Origin: a virus
Taxonomy: Duplodnaviria; Caudoviricetes
Direction: 5' to 3' (one strand)
DNA length: 57,826 bases
Virus record (IMG/VR): IMGVR_UViG_3300022666_000342
Coordinates: 1 to 57,826 of that record
Below, one piece after another: positions 54,987 through 57,826 of this stretch. The position numbers and the translations under genes are program-made. The notes under the pieces are model-generated. The model made no database searches. It was not told where the DNA came from and saw only the letters and a list, made by a program, of their open reading frames with translations. Numbering within the stretch: position 1 is the first letter of the stretch; the number at the start of each line of letters is the position of its first letter.

Positions 54987-55191
54987 GATTCCCTCCCGTA
55001 ATTTCTTTGAGCTTTGCAACGGCATCGACCAGGGAGTCGATGTCAACCAGGACAACCCCCATCTGCCCCCCGCGAGCGCCGAACACAGAAACGCTCACGG
55101 ATTTATTACCTACCTGCGCCATCAAGAGCCGGCGCACCCCGCTCCCGTTGGAAATCTCCACCGCCCGCCCCTTCGTTACTTTCGCTTCCAT
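54958..55191 (-). CDS. Hypothetical protein
   Basis: AAGGTG RBS; in operon. Confidence 0.55.
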   Translation of the reverse strand: MEAKVTKGRAVEISNGSGVRRLLMAQVGNKSVSVSVFGARGGQMGVVLVDIDSLVDAVAKLKEITGGNHGNLPATSD

Positions 55192-55245
55192 TTTTTCACC
55201 TTTACCCAGGCTGCCGGCGAGCCGTCCTGCCGGCAGCCCTAAAAA

Positions 55246-56736
55246 CTACAGCGTCAGCTGCTCCGGCTGGGCAGGCGGTTCTACCGACGCCAGCGGAGCC
55301 TGAGCGGCGATCTCGTCCCAGATCCCCACGATTTCCTTGGCGGCCATAGCGTCTACGCTATAATTTCCGCCCGAGTCCTTGACCGGCTTCAGCCAGTCAT
55401 TCAGCGCGGCCAGCACCGCGCCCGCGCCAGCATCGCGCAGGCTTTCCTGCCCGAAGAGGAAAAGCTGGACCGCATGTCTCTTTTCCTTTGATTGCCCATC
55501 GCCCGCGAAGGGCATCTCCAGCAGCATTGCTACGATCCCGTACTGCTTATCGGTCGGAGCTTTCCCGGCGTAATGCGCCGCGCGCGTCGCCAACCGATCC
55601 TTTACCACAAACGGCGCATACGGTCGGCCCGGAGCCGCCGGAGCGGAAGCCGGATTGCTGGCCGGCGCTGCCGGCCGAGAAGGAGCCGCCGGAGCGGAGA
55701 GATACTCCGGCTCGGGCATGCCGGCATATGGATCTTCGCCAGGATTAACCGGCTCGCCATCCAGAACCTGCCCCTCGCTCGGATCTTCCTGCGCCGCCCG
55801 TTGCCCGGCATGGGGCGGAGGAAGCGGAGCATCCTCTTCCCAATCAGACACGCCCTCCGAAAAATCATCATCGTAATAAGAAGGATCTGCCGGCCCGGAG
55901 ATAGCAAGAGCCCCGCCAGGACTGGCAATCAAGGCCCCCTTAGTAGCCCGCAGGTACATCTGCCGAACTACTTCCTGCGTCGGTTCAAGCTGAACGAACC
56001 AGCGCTCTCCATGCGTGAAAATCCCACCGCGAGACTTATCCTCATAGATCGTTGATTCCAGGACAAGACGCAGCGTCATCGGAATCCACGAGATCTTCCC
56101 GAAAATCGCGTATACCTGTTTCAACGTGTAATCGATGCTGTCATAATTGCGACCGCTTCCGGTCGCCAGCTGATAATATCCCAGCCGCAGCAGGTCTTTG
56201 TGTTGCGGATCGGCCACCGTGAACTTTAGCAACGCCGATGCCTTACAGGCCCGGCAGTGAGGATACAAATCACGCCGGCTACCGCTGCATTTCACCCGGT
56301 CACCCGGCTTAAAGGATTCCTCTCCCAGCGTGAAAGAACGAACCGCAAGACCACCCTCTACCAGCCGCCCACCCGGAGCGTTATGCACCGTGATCGCCCC
56401 GGTTTTTTCATTCCGCTCCGTCCGAAAGGAGCTGGCGGCGGAGATGAACTCCCCGTCGCCGGAACAGACGTTAATGCCCCCGGCCCAAACGCTGTACGAA
56501 GCCCTGAAAGCCCGCTCCACTTCATCAAAAACAAAAATAACCGGCAACGAACGGCAGCAATCGCCATAGGCTGCCAGCAAAGCCGGAGCATCGGTTAGGA
56601 CGAAATGATCGTCCGGTACCGGAAACTTCACCTTCCGGCCATCATCCCGGATTTTTTCTTCCGTATGGCCCAGCCGAACCACACCCAGCCGGCTCAGCCG
56701 TTTAACCTGTCTTGCATCACGATCTTTGAGCGGCAT
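55246..56736 (-). CDS. Gp3-like / recombination directionality factor-like protein
   Basis: RLGVVRLG...DHF...L.V.F...CSGDGE...C...C...L.F...G.YQL.TGS pattern; GGGAGG RBS. Confidence 0.7.
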   Translation of the reverse strand: MPLKDRDARQVKRLSRLGVVRLGHTEEKIRDDGRKVKFPVPDDHFVLTDAPALLAAYGDCCRSLPVIFVFDEVERAFRASYSVWAGGINVCSGDGEFISAASSFRTERNEKTGAITVHNAPGGRLVEGGLAVRSFTLGEESFKPGDRVKCSGSRRDLYPHCRACKASALLKFTVADPQHKDLLRLGYYQLATGSGRNYDSIDYTLKQVYAIFGKISWIPMTLRLVLESTIYEDKSRGGIFTHGERWFVQLEPTQEVVRQMYLRATKGALIASPGGALAISGPADPSYYDDDFSEGVSDWEEDAPLPPPHAGQRAAQEDPSEGQVLDGEPVNPGEDPYAGMPEPEYLSAPAAPSRPAAPASNPASAPAAPGRPYAPFVVKDRLATRAAHYAGKAPTDKQYGIVAMLLEMPFAGDGQSKEKRHAVQLFLFGQESLRDAGAGAVLAALNDWLKPVKDSGGNYSVDAMAAKEIVGIWDEIAAQAPLASVEPPAQPEQLTL

Positions 56737-56738
56737 GA

Positions 56739-57077
56739 CTAACCTCCCCATAAAAGAGCAGAAAGGTCAACTTTAGAATCGACGGGCCGGTCCTCCGGCT
56801 CGTCGATCCCAAACAAATCCCGATACTCTTGAGGCATGTGAGCCATAGCAAGAGCGGTATCAACTTCCTCCTGCCGCAGCGTGTCCAGAGAAACAACGGT
56901 CCGAGTCACTCCACAGCCGCAGCGCGGGTACATAAACCGCAATTGTCCATTCCAGGACCCCACTGGAACCTTTCCGCACTCGGTGCAACGATATCCAATC
57001 TGTAAAACCCGGTACGAGAGGGACGCACCGGTGCTCAACAGGACGCCTCGCTCGTTAAAGCTAACGATCTTGGGCAT
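56739..57077 (-). CDS. Zn-finger hypothetical protein
   Basis: CTEC...CGC; GAGGAGG RBS. Confidence 0.6.
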   Translation of the reverse strand: MPKIVSFNERGVLLSTGASLSYRVLQIGYRCTECGKVPVGSWNGQLRFMYPRCGCGVTRTVVSLDTLRQEEVDTALAMAHMPQEYRDLFGIDEPEDRPVDSKVDLSALLWGG

Positions 57078-57288
57078 TTTGCACCTCCTCAACTGGAGCC
57101 GGAGCCAACTCGACCACTTTGGTCTCGCCGCAGTAGCACTTCGGGAAGTGTCGCTTCCCGTCGAAATTCACAGAGGGAGCCAGACCGCAGACCGGGCAAA
57201 CATACCGCTCGCTCAGGTCTTTGTACGTAACCCACTCGCCGGTTTCCAGACGAACGTGAGTGCTGATGGCAAGCTTAATGTTCGTCAT
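57061..57288 (-). CDS. Zn-finger hypothetical protein, similar to the adjacent gene
   Basis: Y.CPVCG..P...PKCYCG parallels YRCTECG..P...PRCGCG. Confidence 0.6.
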   Translation of the reverse strand: MTNIKLAISTHVRLETGEWVTYKDLSERYVCPVCGLAPSVNFDGKRHFPKCYCGETKVVELAPAPVEEVQNAQDR

Positions 57289-57569
57289 CGCCGCACATCC
57301 ATCAACCGCAGTAGCCCGCGCGCAACCTCAACTTGGCGCTGCAGCGCGCGATAATTTGTACCGGTAGAATGGTCGTACCAATCCACCAACGCCCGCGCGA
57401 CCGCTTCCATCTTCGCCTGCTCATCGGCCGTCATCAGCTCGACGCCGATCTGGTCGGAGAGCCGGTCGTATTCATTCACCAGGACCTGGAGCCGGGCGAC
57501 TTCGGCCTGGAGCGCCTGAATCTGTACATCTTTCTCATCCAGTTGTTGAAGGGAGGTAACGTCGATCAT
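57285..57569 (-). CDS. Hypothetical coiled-coil protein
   Basis: ATGA coupling at both ends. Confidence 0.6.
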   Translation of the reverse strand: MIDVTSLQQLDEKDVQIQALQAEVARLQVLVNEYDRLSDQIGVELMTADEQAKMEAVARALVDWYDHSTGTNYRALQRQVEVARGLLRLMDVRR

Positions 57570-57826
57570 TCCTCACCTCCAAAATCCCCAGCATCGCCCG
57601 CATCCTGGTCAGCTGCATGTTGGATTTCGTCGATAATCCGATCCACATCGACCCGGGCGAGCGGCTCGATCGCCGCCGACTGCAGGCCGGAGAGCACAAC
57701 AAACAAATCGCCCTGGCGACGGCCGATAATGGCCGTCACCAGGGCGACGATCCCGCTCTCGTCCAGCCCGATCAAGGCATGGGCGAGATCTTCAGTCCGA
57801 ACCGGGATCAAGATAGCGCTGTTCAT
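57566..57826 (-). CDS. Hypothetical protein
   Basis: ORF starting at the window edge; coupled to the next gene. Confidence 0.55.
   Translation of the reverse strand: MNSAILIPVRTEDLAHALIGLDESGIVALVTAIIGRRQGDLFVVLSGLQSAAIEPLARVDVDRIIDEIQHAADQDAGDAGDFGGEE

Larger units (their letters stand above)
1..57826. mobile_element. Tailed phage/prophage genome segment (siphovirus-like, Mu-like head genes), probable Chloroflexota/Anaerolineae host
   Basis: Terminase, portal, protease, capsid, tail tube, tape measure and fibre genes plus a phage replication module. No tail sheath seen. Host inferred from the SSB insert (PDKETGGPRVW) and the DnaB N-terminus. Confidence 0.93.

Overview
This window looks like most of a ~58-kb, high-GC tailed phage or prophage genome with a long non-contractile (sipho-type) tail. 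The host is probably Chloroflexota/Anaerolineae; this is an inference from the style of the SSB and DnaB sequences. Layout: (i) 1-11027 (+): replication/early operon with an HTH protein, a replication initiator carrying internal iterons, DnaB, RusA, and a DUF2637-like + lipoprotein + FtsK/SpoIIIE membrane module. (ii) 11.0-15.9 kb (+): low-GC island with a two-subunit restriction-modification system. (iii) 15.9-36.2 kb (-): head and tail operon with a Mu-like protease, capsid, a -1 frameshifted tail chaperone, an inserted DNA methyltransferase, a 2099-aa tape measure and a tail fibre. It is preceded by a consensus promoter and a tandem attenuator-like leader. (iv) 36.5-41.8 kb (+): opposite-strand island. 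Two hairpin-punctuated arrays of small paralogous genes, driven by duplicated promoters, enclose a low-GC deaminase with an eCIS-cargo-like N-terminus. (v) 41.9-48.3 kb (-): portal-MuF fusion, terminase and holin-like genes. (vi) 48.4-57.8 kb (-): SSB, a complete ubiquitin-like conjugation cassette (E1/ThiF, JAB, E2, Ubl precursor, ParB-like; PRTRC type) and a recombination-associated gene. A perfect 20-bp palindrome, ATCTGCAAACGTTTGCAGAT, occurs four times. I could not recognise an integrase, CI repressor or endolysin. All family assignments come from motif recognition by eye; no searches were run.
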